From: Trichoplax adhaerens
Lineage: Eukaryota > Animalia > Placozoa
Reading direction: 5' to 3'
Length of the DNA stretch: 64,000 nucleotides
NCBI RefSeq assembly: GCF_000150275.1
Contig: NW_002060957.1
Location: 633,767-697,766, forward strand
Shown: positions 1 through 14,299 of the stretch, in pieces
Numbering within the stretch: the first letter of the stretch is position 1
How the letters are laid out: each line of letters opens with the position of its first letter
Translations under genes and position numbers: made by a program
Notes under the pieces: model-generated
Seen by the model: only the letters and a program-made list of their open reading frames with translations
Database searches by the model: none
Told to the model about the DNA's origin: nothing

Positions 1-145
1 TGATTCATCGTACCATGTCACCCCATGAGCACTGTGACGGTGATTCGGTGTACAATGAAATCAAAATGGCAACCTTGGCGTGTTGATATTTGGATAGGGC
101 CTTTTTTCCATTTTGATTGTACCTCAATTTTGAGAATGCATTTTG

Positions 146-480
146 ACTGTGCCAAGTACAGTACAGCAGTGCTGTGCTGCCGATCAACTACGTTGAACTG
201 TGCCAAGTACAACAGTACTGTGCTGTCGATCAACTACGTTGAACTGTGCCAAGTACAGCAGTGCTGTGCTGCCGATCAACTACGTTGAACTGTGCCAAGT
301 ACAGCAGTGCTGTGCTGTCGATCAACTACGTTGAACTGTGCCAAGTACAGCAGTGCTGTGCTGCCGATCAACTACGTTGAACTGTGCCAAGTACAGCAGT
401 GCTGTGCTGCCGATCAACTACGTTGAACTGTGCCAAGTACAACAGTACTGTGCTGTCGATCAACTACGTTGAACTGTGCT
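146..480. repeat. 46-bp minisatellite, about 7 copies
   Basis: Unit GAACTGTGCCAAGTACAGCAGTGCTGTGCTGCCGATCAACTACGTT recurs at 195, 241, 287, 333, 379 and 425, with a partial copy at 471. Confidence 0.95.
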
Positions 481-777
481 TATTTACTTTGGACTTTTTA
501 CAGGACTTGATATTGCCGCAGGGGAAATGAATTCGGTTTTTCCCGGTACCTAGACGGTTTCGCGTAATGTCACTGGATGTCATGCTCAGGTACTCAGAAA
601 GAATAGCGCATGACTTGTTACTACTCTACAGTACAGTAGAATGCATGCGTTCTAGTCCGTAAACGCCATCATTTGAGACATTTCAGCACATCATCTGCAA
701 TATCATGCAAGAAAATCTGATTTCCAAATCTGATCGGAAAATGGAAAAAAAACTGACTGCTTGAATAAAACTAAGTT

Positions 778-1165
778 ACTGTACAGTATAATGTACTGTA
801 CAGTACAGTACTATACTGTAGAGTTGACAAGAAAACAAAACCGAGTGCGTACTGTACACTGTGCACAGTACAGTACTGTACAGTACAAAAATGCATACTG
901 TACAGTACACTGTACAAATATTACTATCTTCTGCTGACTCCTAACTGAGGCTGTATACTGTACAGTACAGTAATGTACTGTACAGTACTATACTGTAGAG
1001 TTGAGAAGAAAACAAAACCGAGTGCGTACTGTACTACACTGTGTACAGTGTACTGTACACTGTACAGTACAGTAGTAGGACAACTACAGTACAGTACAAA
1101 AATGCATACTGTACACTGTACACTGTACAATATTACTATCTTCTGCTGACCCCTAACTGAGGCTG
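778..1165. repeat. TACTGTACAGTA-rich low-complexity region forming two ~175-200-bp tandem copies
   Basis: Blocks AGAAAACAAAACCGAGTGCGTACTGTAC and TATTACTATCTTCTGCTGAC..CCTAACTGAGGCTG each occur twice; both copies are built from palindromic TACTGTACAGTA words. Confidence 0.85.
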
Positions 1166-1300
1166 CCCAGTAGCATTCTACCTCTCTTAGCATTAAATCT
1201 AATTATAGTAAAAATAGAAAGAAGAGGCTTTATCATACCACAGCTGTTATTGTGTGCTCGTACACGGTACAGTAATAGACACTCCTACCCTTAGCTCCTA

Positions 1301-1314
1301 GCTACCATGGCAAC
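1301..1314. promoter_or_regulatory. RFX X-box upstream of TCTE1/DRC5
   Basis: GCTACCATGGCAAC is close to the palindromic X-box consensus GTTGCCATGGCAAC and lies ~450 bp 5' of a motile-cilia gene. Confidence 0.7.
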
Positions 1315-1763
1315 GACAACATAAACTCGTATTACAGGGAGAGCAATAAACCAGTGATGAATTCGCCACATCGCATAACAAGTAGAGCTGTATCTTTCTA
1401 TTTAATGATATACATATATTGTACCGATATCCAGTATCCTACACGAACATAACCACAGCTATTTCACAGTTGATATCAACCATTCCAAGAATTAACCAAT
1501 CCCGATACGAAAAGGTATTACCATAGATGAAGATGTCCAAACTACCGTAGCTAAAAGTGCTTTCTAATAGTTTCTTAGATCAACATGGACTACCATTGAT
1601 AATTTTGTGTAATGTATGAACTTGATTCAATCAACGATTAACTTGAACGACTGGTTGAAATCAATACATGTTTACGATACAAGTTGACAATCGATTGCAG
1701 TATTTCCAGCTCTGAGGATACTACGTATTCGTATTTTTATCTAGTCTTAGCAAAGGAGAAAAG

Positions 1764-4759
1764 ATGGTAGAACCACCATTGGTACAACGCACCATTTCGC
1801 CTACAAGCCAAAACGTAAGGATAATCCAGTTTTATCTTCAATTAAGGAAATACTACTACAGTCACTTTACAATTAAAGCAGTAATACCACTTTTATAAAT
1901 ATTTTCTAAAGCAAAAGCGATAATGTGCGATCTAGGAATTGAGGATCGTAGCCATGACGTAATTGAATTTTTTTTGTAATTTCAAAAGCGTACAAACGAT
2001 GCGTTTAAAAGCCATAAAATGAATCCTGCAGCTGATCCTCGGCTCATGAGGAGAATTATTGCAGAAGATCCAGAATGGTATGACAAATTCACCCTTTTTT
2101 TTTACAATTGTACATGGTATACGTAACGTATATGTAGAATCATATAACGAAACGCTTTACTGATACTGTAGATATCAACCATTGAGTATATTGAACATTA
2201 AAATCCTAACCGTCTCAATTTTCTTTGTAGGAGTCTTGCTACTGTCCCACTCTTACGCGAATTGTGTATTAAACATATTGTTGGTAATTTCAAAGGTACT
2301 AAATTGCAACTTGTTTTCCTTTCAATGAAAGTAATATGATGAAGATGAGTCACTGATTCATATGTTACGTATCATGCAGAAAATCCCATCCTAGACGGAT
2401 TAAATACTAAAGATAGAGCCAAAGTTTTACAGTTACTGCCAACGGATGTTCCGATAAGGTAATGGACCATTGTCATAAAGTATACTATCAGTTTTATTCC
2501 ATAGGCACTTGTTACTCGAAGTAAATTATCTTTATGGCTGTATTTTACGCTATCGGAATAGACTAATAGAGAGTTATCTATGAATACTCTAGTATATCGG
2601 CTGGTTTAATTGAAGATGAGGGCTACTGGAAACGATGTTGCCAAGCCAGATGGCAGATATGTGATGTTTCCAAACATGGAGGAGATTGGAAGAGAATGTT
2701 TTTCGAAAGAAATTTAGAAGGTAAGTAAACCATAGGTGAATATATACTGCATGTTATCAAATACGCAATTTTTTTTAAACATCTCGTTACCATGACCACA
2801 TTAATAAGTTCATTTTTGATAAATTGTAGATCTCATTGAACATTTCGTTCCTGATTCTACCGATCCATCCATGGTAATTCTAAAAATGAATACTACTCGA
2901 ATACTTTATAAACTATCAATTGAATCATTCCTGTTTAATATTAACAATCAATATGCTAAATTCACATCATCACACATCATCTTTATTTATCCAGTTATAT
3001 GATGTTATGAAATTATCAGCAAACTTTATCAGATGCTTGAATATAAAGCAGCTATTACCACCAGTGAAAAGTGGTTCCAAATTTGAAGATATTTCCGATA
3101 CGTAAGTAAACTTGACTCAATACTGTCCAATTTATACAGTGTTATCATAACGAACATTGGCCGCTTTCTTATTTTTAGAAACAGTGATGCTGGTGAAAGT
3201 CCCGATGTCGATCATTTCGATTTTAATGAAATTATTAGTAGACTGACAAATCTCCAAGAGCTTCATGTAACATATGGGTAAATATTGACTAATTTTAATG
3301 ACTACTTAGTGTTAAGTGTACTTACATTATTGCCTTTTGTGTTCTACATCGTTTATTCAAAGTGTGCGAGACTGTGGAATGAATTTTGAATGGAATCTCT
3401 TCAAATTTACGCCCAAAGACTGTTCTCTGTTAGCTAAAGTAAGCCATAATATAATCAAGGATGTTTCTAAGGCAGATGGCCAGCAGCGTTATAAATATTA
3501 TTATATTCCTTTCTTTTATAAATTTTAAAATATTTCATGTTACTCATACATACAAGATTCAAGTTCAATCCAACTTTTAAATTTTACCATAAAATTCTCT
3601 CTTCTCGTCCATTAATCTACAATAAGTAATATATCTAGCAATGTCTTAAGATTTACTATAAATCAGTAGAGTTCCTTTAAATAACTATATTCTTACATCG
3701 TATGAAGCACATTACCGTATATTAAATCTTGAGTACATGTTCAATATACCCGGCTATACAGTACAGTACACATTCTAACGCAAATGAATACCATTTATTT
3801 CTACTTATTAGGCAGTCAAAAACTGTCGTACCCTGAAAGTACTGCGTTTACATAGAAGTGGTGTTACCGATGAATTAGTCAGAGTTCTAATAAGCCATTT
3901 ACTGGATCATCCTGCATTGATCGCACTCGGTAAGTCAAGTGCGATAGTTTTCATAGTCAATTTATATCATATTCTGACAAAATGTCTTCTATTGCTATGC
4001 TTTTATAAAGATCTATCTTATAATAAAATAAGTGATAGTGGTGCCAGAGCAATTGGAAAATTTTTAAACGGTCATAGTAAGCTTATTCATCTTAACTTAT
4101 GCGGTAATCAAATTCACGGACCGGGAGCTTCTGCAATTAGCCACGCATTACAAAAGAATGCAACTTTAAGAACTCTAAATATCCGAGTTAACAGGTTACA
4201 GCCTAGATATAATTTTTAAAGTTTATGCTCTTTCTTAACCCTATCATAACTTTTCATTGCAATTGTATAGATTAAGTGATGAGGGAGGTCAGGCATTGTG
4301 CAAAGCATTAATGAAAAACAAAATTCTTTCCCTTATGGATATCGGAGCAAATGATTTAACAGAACCGACAGCAATGGCTTTAGCCAAGGTAATCTTAAGA
4401 TAATCAATCTAACATAGTTATTCATGTTCAAATATAAATATTTCTTTCGTTATTTATTTCCAAAAGGTTATTCTCCATAATAAAGTAATTACGTCCATAA
4501 ATCTGTCTTGCAACAAACTCGGACCGGTAAATCAAATATTTATGTTAGAATTGTATTTAGAATCATGCTACTTGAACTTATTTTCATTAACGCTTTTATT
4601 GGAAAGGATGGGGGAAAAGCACTGCAAGAGAGCATGGAAGAAAATCATAGAATTATCAATATGGATTTAAGATTGACTGAAGTCGGCCAGGAAAGCGAAT
4701 ACTGCATCAATCAGGTCTTAAAGCGTAATAAAGAAAACCTTATACATAGATTTCATTAA
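1764..4759 (+). CDS. TCTE1: Dynein regulatory complex subunit 5 (TCTE1/DRC5), multi-exon LRR protein
   Basis: Spliced exons read MVEPPLVQRTISPTSQN / ...ADPRLMRRIIAEDPEW / SLATVPLLRELCIKHIV / ...GDWKRMFFERNLE / ...VRDCGMNFEWNLFKFT / LRR exons / ...DLRLTEVGQESEYCINQVL. These match hallmark TCTE1 motifs; GT-AG boundaries. Confidence 0.93.
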
Positions 4760-5798
4760 AAATAAAATTTTAAGACCCTGTGCTAAATTAATTGGTTGTA
4801 ATAATTTTACTCTGACTTGGTATGAGGTGTAAGCTTTGGCCGCGTGCTCGCAGTATCCATACGTATATTATGTAAATTTATAAATATTTTAAAAATTACT
4901 TACATCTAGTTTTTCACTGAAACTTTTAATCATTTATATTAACATTTGACCAATGTACAAACGATTATACTTCATATACAGTATTTAACAACAGTCTAGC
5001 AATACATTTCATATGTCAATTAATGATCAACCATCATTTCTGGATAGAAATTGAAGTATAGCAATGCCATATATAACGGTAGAAGACATTTCAAATTATG
5101 TAACAATTTATTGCTAACCGTAAGAATTTCATTGATGCCAAATTTTAGCCAGATAATGATTTACTCGTATATACAGGACTGTTTTTACGTAACGTTTATG
5201 TCAAATTTGAAATAAAACCTCTATGCAGTAATCTGGAGCTGATGGTATAGCCAAGGTATGCGAAAATAAAATTCATCGACGCAATGATAAGTTTTAAGGA
5301 GATGATCGATTCATGTCCTAAAGAGCGATTGATCAATTAGGGACTCGGAATATCCAAATAAATTGATTTCATCTTAGGCAACATATAATGCTATAACTTC
5401 GTGATGGTCCAATTATTTAAATATTTTTATTCGAAACAAAATAAACTACCCATGAAATAGTTACCAGCTTCCATTCAACCTATTTTAAATTTATATAATT
5501 CAGGTGTATCATGTCATGCATATTAACACCAAGAGTACAAAATGTTTACACTAAAAGAAATTCACGTAATAAATTAGATTAAATAGTATAATCACATCCA
5601 TATAATGTACTCTAGTTCACCAGATACAAGAGGAACAATGAAAACTTGAAATAGACTAGAAATGGATAAGACCACTTTAGTCAATTGTAAGAGCAATATT
5701 TTTATTTTGCCTGTGGCCAAAACGAGCTCTACATAAGCAATGTTCATATTTATTACTTTATGATGGAATTAGAACTAGCTAACAGCAACACTCAAATT

Positions 5799-8442
5799 CT
5801 AAAATATTGCCTTTAGAAGTTTATTAACAAAATCCATGTTTTGGTCTCCGGCAATAACGATATCATATTTTGCCTTATACGAATCTAACAATTCGTTCAC
5901 CTAACAAGTATACACATTTTTGAATTTAGAATGCAATCAAATATTGGCATGCAAAGTGTCTTTGACACATATTGTTATGATATGTCAGCAAAATGCTCTA
6001 CGTAAAATCAAAGGTTTAAAATCGAATTATACATTTACCTTTGCATTTAGAAAGCCAATAGAAACTTGATTTCGTAAGTAATCAATACCATCAGCCATAT
6101 TCAAATCACCTTCCGTATCGCCCATCAATATCAAATTGTAACGTTCCTGTGTACATATATGATTACAGAAAGTGCAAGGAGTTAACAATCTATCGTGGTA
6201 AGATCGTACCTAGTATGATAATGTTTATTACTTTGTTCTTTTTAAAATAAGACGAATTGTGTTTCGAAGCTCTAGTCTTATTAAATGAGTGAATTACATC
6301 CTCCTGAAATCCGATAAGACTTCCCTATCCGAATAAAAATGTGCCCTTAATAAATCGCAAGTAATCACCATCAAGGTTAAAAGACGAAACGAACTGAACT
6401 TTACATCGTCACTATAGATCATCATATTTGACAATATTTCCATATTTTCATAGAACATCGATTGCTGATGAAACCCTTCTCGGATAATATCTAACTCATT
6501 ACGCGTATGTAAGTATCAAAATAAAGACAAATAGTTAGCAAACTAACTAAATGGTATGTAGTATATTGAACCAAATGAGCAAATTAATTGCAAAAATGAT
6601 AATAAAGAGTTACTTTATAGAGAGCGTAAAATTAGTTACTAAAGCCCCGTCTATAAGGTAATCCAACTCTCACCTCCTAAGCCAGCTGATAATATTAATA
6701 CAGGAATATTATGTCGTTTCAAGGTGGCCATCAGTTCATCCGTTCCCTTTCTGTAACATAATAACATTAAAAATAGAAAAGGAATGCGTTCAATTAATAA
6801 TCATTTACAAGATAGTATCGAAGTACTTAAAATAATACATGAGTTAAAGATTTTAGATGCATTACCGTAAACGTATACTAGACACTTTCAAGAGCTTGCT
6901 CAAATCATTTCTGTAAATATTTGCGCTAACCATCAATTTCTCTGCTTCTTTCCACCTAAACGTGTAAAATTACATTTCAAATATAATTAGTCATAAATCA
7001 TTAACAAAAACCAGCAGGGCAGCATAAAAGCTTTATATTTGAAAACGATTTGCTGTAAACGTTTGCAACTTATAGAGAAATTTCATCGCATACATGTCAC
7101 TTTTTTATTACAATTCCTAATGCTAACCATGTTGCCATATATGCTGTTTTCTCTTCAAATGTGTATTTACTAAATAGAAAATTCAAAATTACTATCTGAT
7201 GTAAAAAACAGCTTTAATACTGGTTTTAAAGACACAAAATAAATTTCCAAATATAAAAAATTTTTACTCTGAAATTTCAATCCCATAGTAATAATCTCTC
7301 AATGATTCAGCCTAAAATAAAATTGGAACTGATCAGTAAAAGAATTGCATAAGAAATAGTCTACATGGTAAATACTTAATGTTTGCTGCTTTATTAACTT
7401 TGTGTATTTAATCCATATCTCAAAGGATTGAAATCATTAGCGAATTAATATAATAGGAATTCACTATAATTCACTGGTAATATACAGTAATAGGCTGCAT
7501 ACTATTAGCGTAGATAGCAGATGTATCAATCACTTATAGAGTATTTTTTGAATCATCTAATGAAAATGCAAGACAATTTACATAGTCTGGGTATATGTAA
7601 TGTAGCAAGACAGCAAGATAAGTTTAGTCTAACCGCGTCTCTTATTTTCTTGTCAACGAGAGGATTACTATCAATAACGCCTTCATAAAGTAAACCGAGT
7701 TAGTAACTTTAAATTTTAAATTAAGAAAAACATTTCAATACTATATTCGAAAGTAATTTAAGTAGTAAGAATCGTTAGTTTTGCAATTACGATAACGATT
7801 TGGATATTGAAATATAGAACATATCAAGGTGAATATTTAGAATACAGTACAACAAGTTTCAATTACTGTATGTTAGCGAAATTATAACCAATGAGCATAT
7901 CATACAAATGCATCGACTTTATATCTATGCTACTACAGTTGCATTTTTTATGATATAGATAATTCTGTAAATGAAGCGATATCAAAAAGTCCATAACATT
8001 ACCAAAGCTTGTGGCAGCTATTTCGCCTTTGTACATACGATATGTTAAGGTCCAATCATAATCTGTTATAAACTAAAATATATATAATAATGCCAATTAT
8101 TTGCGGGCCAGTCAAGGTTCCAAAATAAATTTGATCGAAAAGCGGTAGTAGTAATTATTCACAGTACCATAATTCAAAATTAACCCTAATCATCTGCAAT
8201 TACAGTATAAAATTCAATCTATTACATCAAGGACTATTTTGTTATAATGGATTTCTAAAGATACACAGTTATCCGCTTAATATCTCTACAATAGCATCTA
8301 AGTCAACTAAGACAGAAGGATTGACTACTGCTATACAAACCTGAAATTTGTCAGTTCCATCCTTAGCTATCATCTGTAACTTGGCAATAGTCCCATCAAC
8401 ATCTCTGCAATATACAGCTGCATGTCGTAAGAGATTCCGTAA
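5799..8442 (-). CDS. NT5C3B: Cytosolic 5'-nucleotidase III, cN-IIIB/m7GMP-type, paralog 1 (HAD family); first exon and start codon not resolved
   Basis: Exons give FITDYDWTLT (HAD motif I), AATSF, YYYGIEIS, EEKTAYMATWWK, ILSAGLG, IHSFNK and LILMGDTEGDLNMADG..IGFLN, ending YDIVIAGDQNMDFVNKLLKAIF*. Confidence 0.88.
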
Positions 8443-10930
8443 CTACAGTAATTTATCATCAATAAAGAGTTATTAATGCTCTACTACACCGTGGTAAAAT
8501 GAACGGTAGCAGAGAATTTCTTAACAGCGATAAAGCCATACAAAAGTTACATAACATCGAAGTAGTACATTAATTTTACGCTGAGAAGGCACCGACAGCA
8601 TAAGATTCATGAAATATTACTGTGGAATGTAAATTATTCTGGATAATATTGGTGGTTATTATACGACAAATTCAATAGTAGATCCATGTTACGCTACAAG
8701 TATTTGAAAAATAAGAGACTGCTCCTCTATGTAGGGTATCCTGTACATTGTACGATTGCAGCTGCTGCTGCCTGCTACTCTTATCCAACAATAGATCATG
8801 ATAGCGTAAAATAGCAATCCTACGCTACGACAGCATCACTATCCAACTTTGAAAGTAATCACATCAACATTACTATAAGCTTGCAGTGAGGCAGAATTAA
8901 GTGTTAAACCTATCGTACGCTACTTCCTACAGCTCGCAACAAACAGATACAGTAGATGCAGTGTCTGCAGATAGAGTTCCTAGTATTATGATAGCATAAA
9001 ATGTTAATCCTACTACATGATAGCATAAGGAATAAGCCTGTAGTCGTAATAAAATGAAATTTGTGATATTGAAAGAGCACAAAATATCCATCCAATAACG
9101 TAAGGCATGATACAGACAACGAGGATTGAAGATCGCCGTAGAATTGCTTAATTGAAGGCAGCGAATATTCTTCATTGTTGATTGAATCAACCACAACTGA
9201 ATTCGCGACTACACCATCTGTATTTACTGTATACTAGACTCTATGGTTGCTTGGTGAGGAAAGATCGAGTAGCATGAACTAAAACTCTACTTCACTCTCA
9301 GTGCAAACCCATTGCGTGGTCGTCCATGTTATCCCTCTATTTCGCATCATCGTCACTTGAATAAATATATTTATTGACTAATCTACCGCCATCAACCAAC
9401 CATAACGAACTACTCAGAGTATTCTAACAGTCTCATTAAGTAAGGAGTCAATCTATTACCATGGATAATCTCTATTTCTATCATCATAGTCATAGTGATC
9501 GAATTACGGCCGATTCTCAGCCATGCTAGCATTTCATTGAGGGTTAATGCAGGCTGGCTGAACATCTTTAATAACCTTACTAAATTCTAGCTACTCCAAG
9601 AACACTCCATACCAAACAAACATCAATGTTTACCGACATCCAGTAGTCTATTTATTGACAGGATAATCTCTATCCAGCCTTATACATGTGCATTTATATT
9701 AACCCTATCAATTCATCTTCATAAGACTAGAATATCAAACCTGATTGTATAATTGTGCGGAAGAACTGCTCGCCATGATTTCTCTTGGAGGTATTTCCAG
9801 GTAGTTGCCTGTATGGCACCAAGTAGAATACAGAACAGGAGACTATGCAGGCTATATCATGTTTCCTAGCAGGTTTTTGGCCAATTCTAGCTCTCAATCG
9901 AAAGTTGCAGCTGAAACTGTCCTGCATTGGCAACACTATGGATTACTATGGCACCGTTGGCATGTTTTCGACACTTTATTTTGATCGCCTGACAACTGGA
10001 TTTGCTGGGCACTATCGAACTCGCCAAATATCCTATTTGCGACTCTGTACTACCTGCGGATTTGTAGATGTGTTGCATTACTACTAATATGAGCCCATGG
10101 TAGTTGCTAATTGTAGAAATTACAGTATCTAGCATTTCTGTGGACAGCATATCGATTGAAAATCAGGTAAAAATGGACATAATCAGCAAAGATTACTGTG
10201 TGCAAGTGGGAGAGTATTTGATATCGATAAATAGACCACTGTAGTATAACTAATTCTTGTCAGTAGAGGTACCAAGTTGAATTACTGTAGTCAAATCGAC
10301 CTTAACTTGCTATTCAATATATTCAAAACTGCCAGGGATTGCAAATAGCGAACGGAACCCAATAATAATAATTCAAAACATTGACTGCATGACCACTTGC
10401 CTTGAGCAACTTAGCCATGAATGAAATAATAAATATGATATAAATAATATACTTTTTCCAAATTATACGGTATAAGTTAAGGTCTTTAATTTTACCAAGT
10501 CGAAGAATATTTAATTATACTGTGTGACTCAAGAAATACGATATAAGACAATAGAACAAGCTGTTAGGCGATCCAATTTTAATCATGCTGGTATAAAATT
10601 ATAAAATTATTCAATAAGAAGAAAACAAGCTTATGCTTAATTTTTTATACATGTTATTGTGTATGCGCAATTACATACTGCACAACAAATACGTAATCTA
10701 AGTATTACAGTATATCGTAAAGGTAAAATACATGTTAATAAAATAGTTTATCTATAAAAATTTACGCAAGAAACCCTAACATCAAGTTCATTGATCACTT
10801 TCCAATTCAAGCTATGTATGCAGCCTGAGATCCTACTCGAAAATAAATAATGTTATGGTATTTGATGAAGAGGAGGATTGACTCAAGTTATAGATGGTCG
10901 GACTTTTCTCCAGATCTCCTGCGTGATGGA

Positions 10931-13510
10931 TTAATAGCTACTAACAGCGTGATCAAACATAGTCAGCAGGAGTTGATTGACAGATTCCATACTTTCATCC
11001 CCAACAATCACAATATCATATAGAGCCATATAAGTATCTAACAGTTCATCCACCTTACAAAATGGGTACATTGTGGAGTTAAAAATTCTAGTAAATATGG
11101 GCGAATTTGATCCGCATAAATACATCATTAAAAAGCAATCCATTCAGAGCTTTTTACCAGCTGTATTGTTACCTGTCCATTTAAAAAGCCAATAGTGACT
11201 TTATTTCGCGAGTAATCAATGCCATCAGCCATTTGCAAATCTCCTTCTACATCACCCATTAAAATGATGTTGTCACGTTCCTATCGATGTATAAATGCAA
11301 AAGCAATGAACTTTATCAATATATCAAAGGAGATATCGACATTTATCACATGGTATGGTTAATTCAGTTACTTTGATCCTTTCAAAATATGACGAATGAT
11401 ACTTTGAAGCTCGAGCCTTATTCCGTGCATGTATGATATCCCCCTGAAAACCGACAAGTAGTCCCTGTATGCAGCAATAAAACGATAAAAATATTCCTGA
11501 TCAATCTCAGACACCGTGAATCCCTGTATTAGTTAAGACTTTCACTATCAATCTGGATTGAAAGCTGTTGACGAAACTTACATCATCATTAAATTTCATC
11601 ATATTTGAGAGTACTTCCATATTTTTACGGAATACAGATCTCTGACGAAATCCTTCTAGGATAATATCTACTCAACAATTAAGTAGTGATACCAGAAACG
11701 GCCAATAAAATAGCACCCCAATTGGAAAAAAATTGAATGACAAACATATACATAAAATTGTCATCTTGAAAATACTATACGTTGTCTATATAAAATTCCG
11801 ATAGCATAACTATCACTGATTGTCAATGAATTAAACATTTACCTCCTATACCAGCAGAAAATATTAATATTGGAATGTTGTACCGATCTAAAAAGGCCAT
11901 CAATTCCTCAGCTCCTTGCCTTTAATATAGTATTAGACATAATGTCATGAAAAATCAATGGATAAATGATATAAAGTATTATTCATTAAAACGTGACATC
12001 AACTTCTTTAAGTCAGCGCCTAAAATTGAAGTAGTTTTCTACCGTAAACACAAATTAGATGTTTCGATGAGTTTGGGCAGGGACTCTTCATAGATATTTG
12101 CATCAACTATCAATTTAAATACTCTTTTCCACCTATACACAATAAAGGAAATAATGTTGTTCATAGTAAGACAATGCATTTTTCATCAGCGACAGTTTAG
12201 TATGAAGCAACTGACTTTAGAGATAAATAAAGTCCTCATGTATGCTGCAAATTCCATAAAATCTACTACAATGTAAAGGTGTTGTAATTGTTAAAGATAA
12301 TACTTGCCAAATTTCCATTTGATTGGATTTCTCTTCTAAAGAATAACTGCTGTAATTATACCATAATAAGGTATTTCAGAACGTTGTACTGTACTTATAG
12401 TTATCCAAGCTTAAAAAATTGGAATAGTCAGCCTACGAACATATCCAATGATATTTATACCTTGAAGAAAAAGTTGAAATGTACTGCATTCTTGTAGCAA
12501 TAATCTATAAAGATAGCAAAAGATGATCCAAAATTTGATGATGCCTCGTTAATAATTGGACAGTTTTCGTCCATTAGCAAATGCATGAAATGTTATTACT
12601 TTCAAAACTAACAGGATGATAATACAGCAAGCAGTTTGCTATTGCTACGGCAAAGATTGAAGTATACACCATTGTAAAATATATGATTTTGCAAAAAGAA
12701 GTTTGTATAGCATTGGCACCACGTTTAACTGTCATACTGTAAGACGGTAACATGCATTAATGTTATTCTTCTAACCTTGTCTCTAATTTCTTTGTCAATT
12801 AAAGGATTGGCATATATAACATCTACAAAGCACAGGCAATCTTAGTCCTTCAATATTAATTTACCGAACCAATATTTCGATTATTAACGTAATGTATAGC
12901 ATTTGCATGATAAGACTATTCCCACTATAAAATCAAGAACGATAGGACAGCATAGCAATGATATCATACTCTCATAGTTGCATATTGTTTGGTACGCAAG
13001 CATGTAGGCTCATCTTCTTACCGAAAGTTGTGGAAGTTATCTCACCATTGTGCTCAAGGCAGGTTAAAGTCCTATCATAATCGGTAACAAACTAAAATAT
13101 AGAGAGCAAGGTCAGTTACATTATAGAATATACAATAGAAATAGTACCATGAAAGACTGCATTTTACATTCTCTAGCTATTAGGAGTGGATACAAATGGC
13201 ATAGTAACATAGCGGATAGAGTATTTAAGCAGTACGCACTGGTAGATTTACGTAAGCACTGTATGTGGGTCAATAAATGATTCGTTTTCAATACACCATT
13301 TTTTCCATTTTACCTTATGCGCGTGCTACAGTAGTGGCAGTACGTCGTAAATCACTATAATGACCATCGATTGTAGTTTGTTAAAAATTAATATCCATAG
13401 CATACAAACCTGAAGTTTTCTAGGTCCACCCTTAGCTATAGACTTCAATTTTGCAAGAGTGCCATCAATGACTCTACAGTGCATCGGTGATTGCTGTAGA
13501 AGTTTCCGTA
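10931..13510 (-). CDS. Cytosolic 5'-nucleotidase III, paralog 2 (tandem duplicate); first exon not resolved
   Basis: Same exon layout as paralog 1: FVTDYDRTLT, STTF, EEKSNQMEIWWK, IFSAGIG, IHARNK, IILMGDVEGDLQMADG..IGFLNGQ, YDIVIVGDESMESVNQLL. Confidence 0.87.
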
Positions 13511-14299
13511 ACTACACATTCAATCATTGAAATAATGATGGAAGATTTAATATGCTATAAGTTTAAATAGATCTATCCCATTATCCATCCACAGCTATTA
13601 GAAAAAGTTGACTTAGTATAATATTATAAAGGTAAATCGAGAATGACACAGCATAATTTGTCTTGATATGCTCGTACTTGCATGTAGAGCATCTAGAAAG
13701 TCATTTATTATCTGATCATTACTTTCAGAAATATTCGTATTCGTACAATATGCGAGAGATGCTGAAAGAAGAGTTGACATTGAACAGCATCCACTGAAAT
13801 GGAAAAGCAAAGCAATCAACACTTGCCTTCTAATTAATAATAATTATTATTATACGGTACTGTACAGCAAGCTGTGGTCAAATAAACAATTTGTTTACTG
13901 CGCTACCCTAATGTACAGAAGACGGCTTGCTATCCTATTAGTACAGTACATGCTCATTCGACTATTTGCAATCAAAGACCAATCTGTCCTCACTATATAG
14001 CCCCTTTCGGACTCAATCACTTTACTAGCTCTATGCGTAAAACAGCCTTAGTATATCCTCTACTGGCCTCTTCAATGAGCATGAAACGTTGTTATTAACA
14101 TCAGGCGCTTTAACTACAGTATTGTCGTACCGGCAAAGTAGAATCGAATGTACAAGTGTAAATCCTATAACTTGATTTATCCATAAAATAGCAAAAGCGA
14201 TAATTATTAAGGGCCATGAATCGTCTAGTAAAGTTGAGCAGCAGCAAGCATCATTGCTATATTTGTTGGTGTGTTTTAGCTCTTGGCATACTGCATTCA

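Noticed and set aside
146-480. CRISPR-like array
   Set aside because: The units are contiguous repeats with no unique spacers, the context is eukaryotic, and no cas genes are present. The same applies to the other arrays.
5-1193. Short ORFs over the minisatellite and low-complexity tracts
   Set aside because: These are translations of repeats with no protein-like features.
8910-9196. Hydrophobic ORFs upstream of the NT5C3 copies (also 13613-13822) as membrane-anchor first exons
   Set aside because: I could not build a phase-consistent splice to the first conserved exon; left unresolved.
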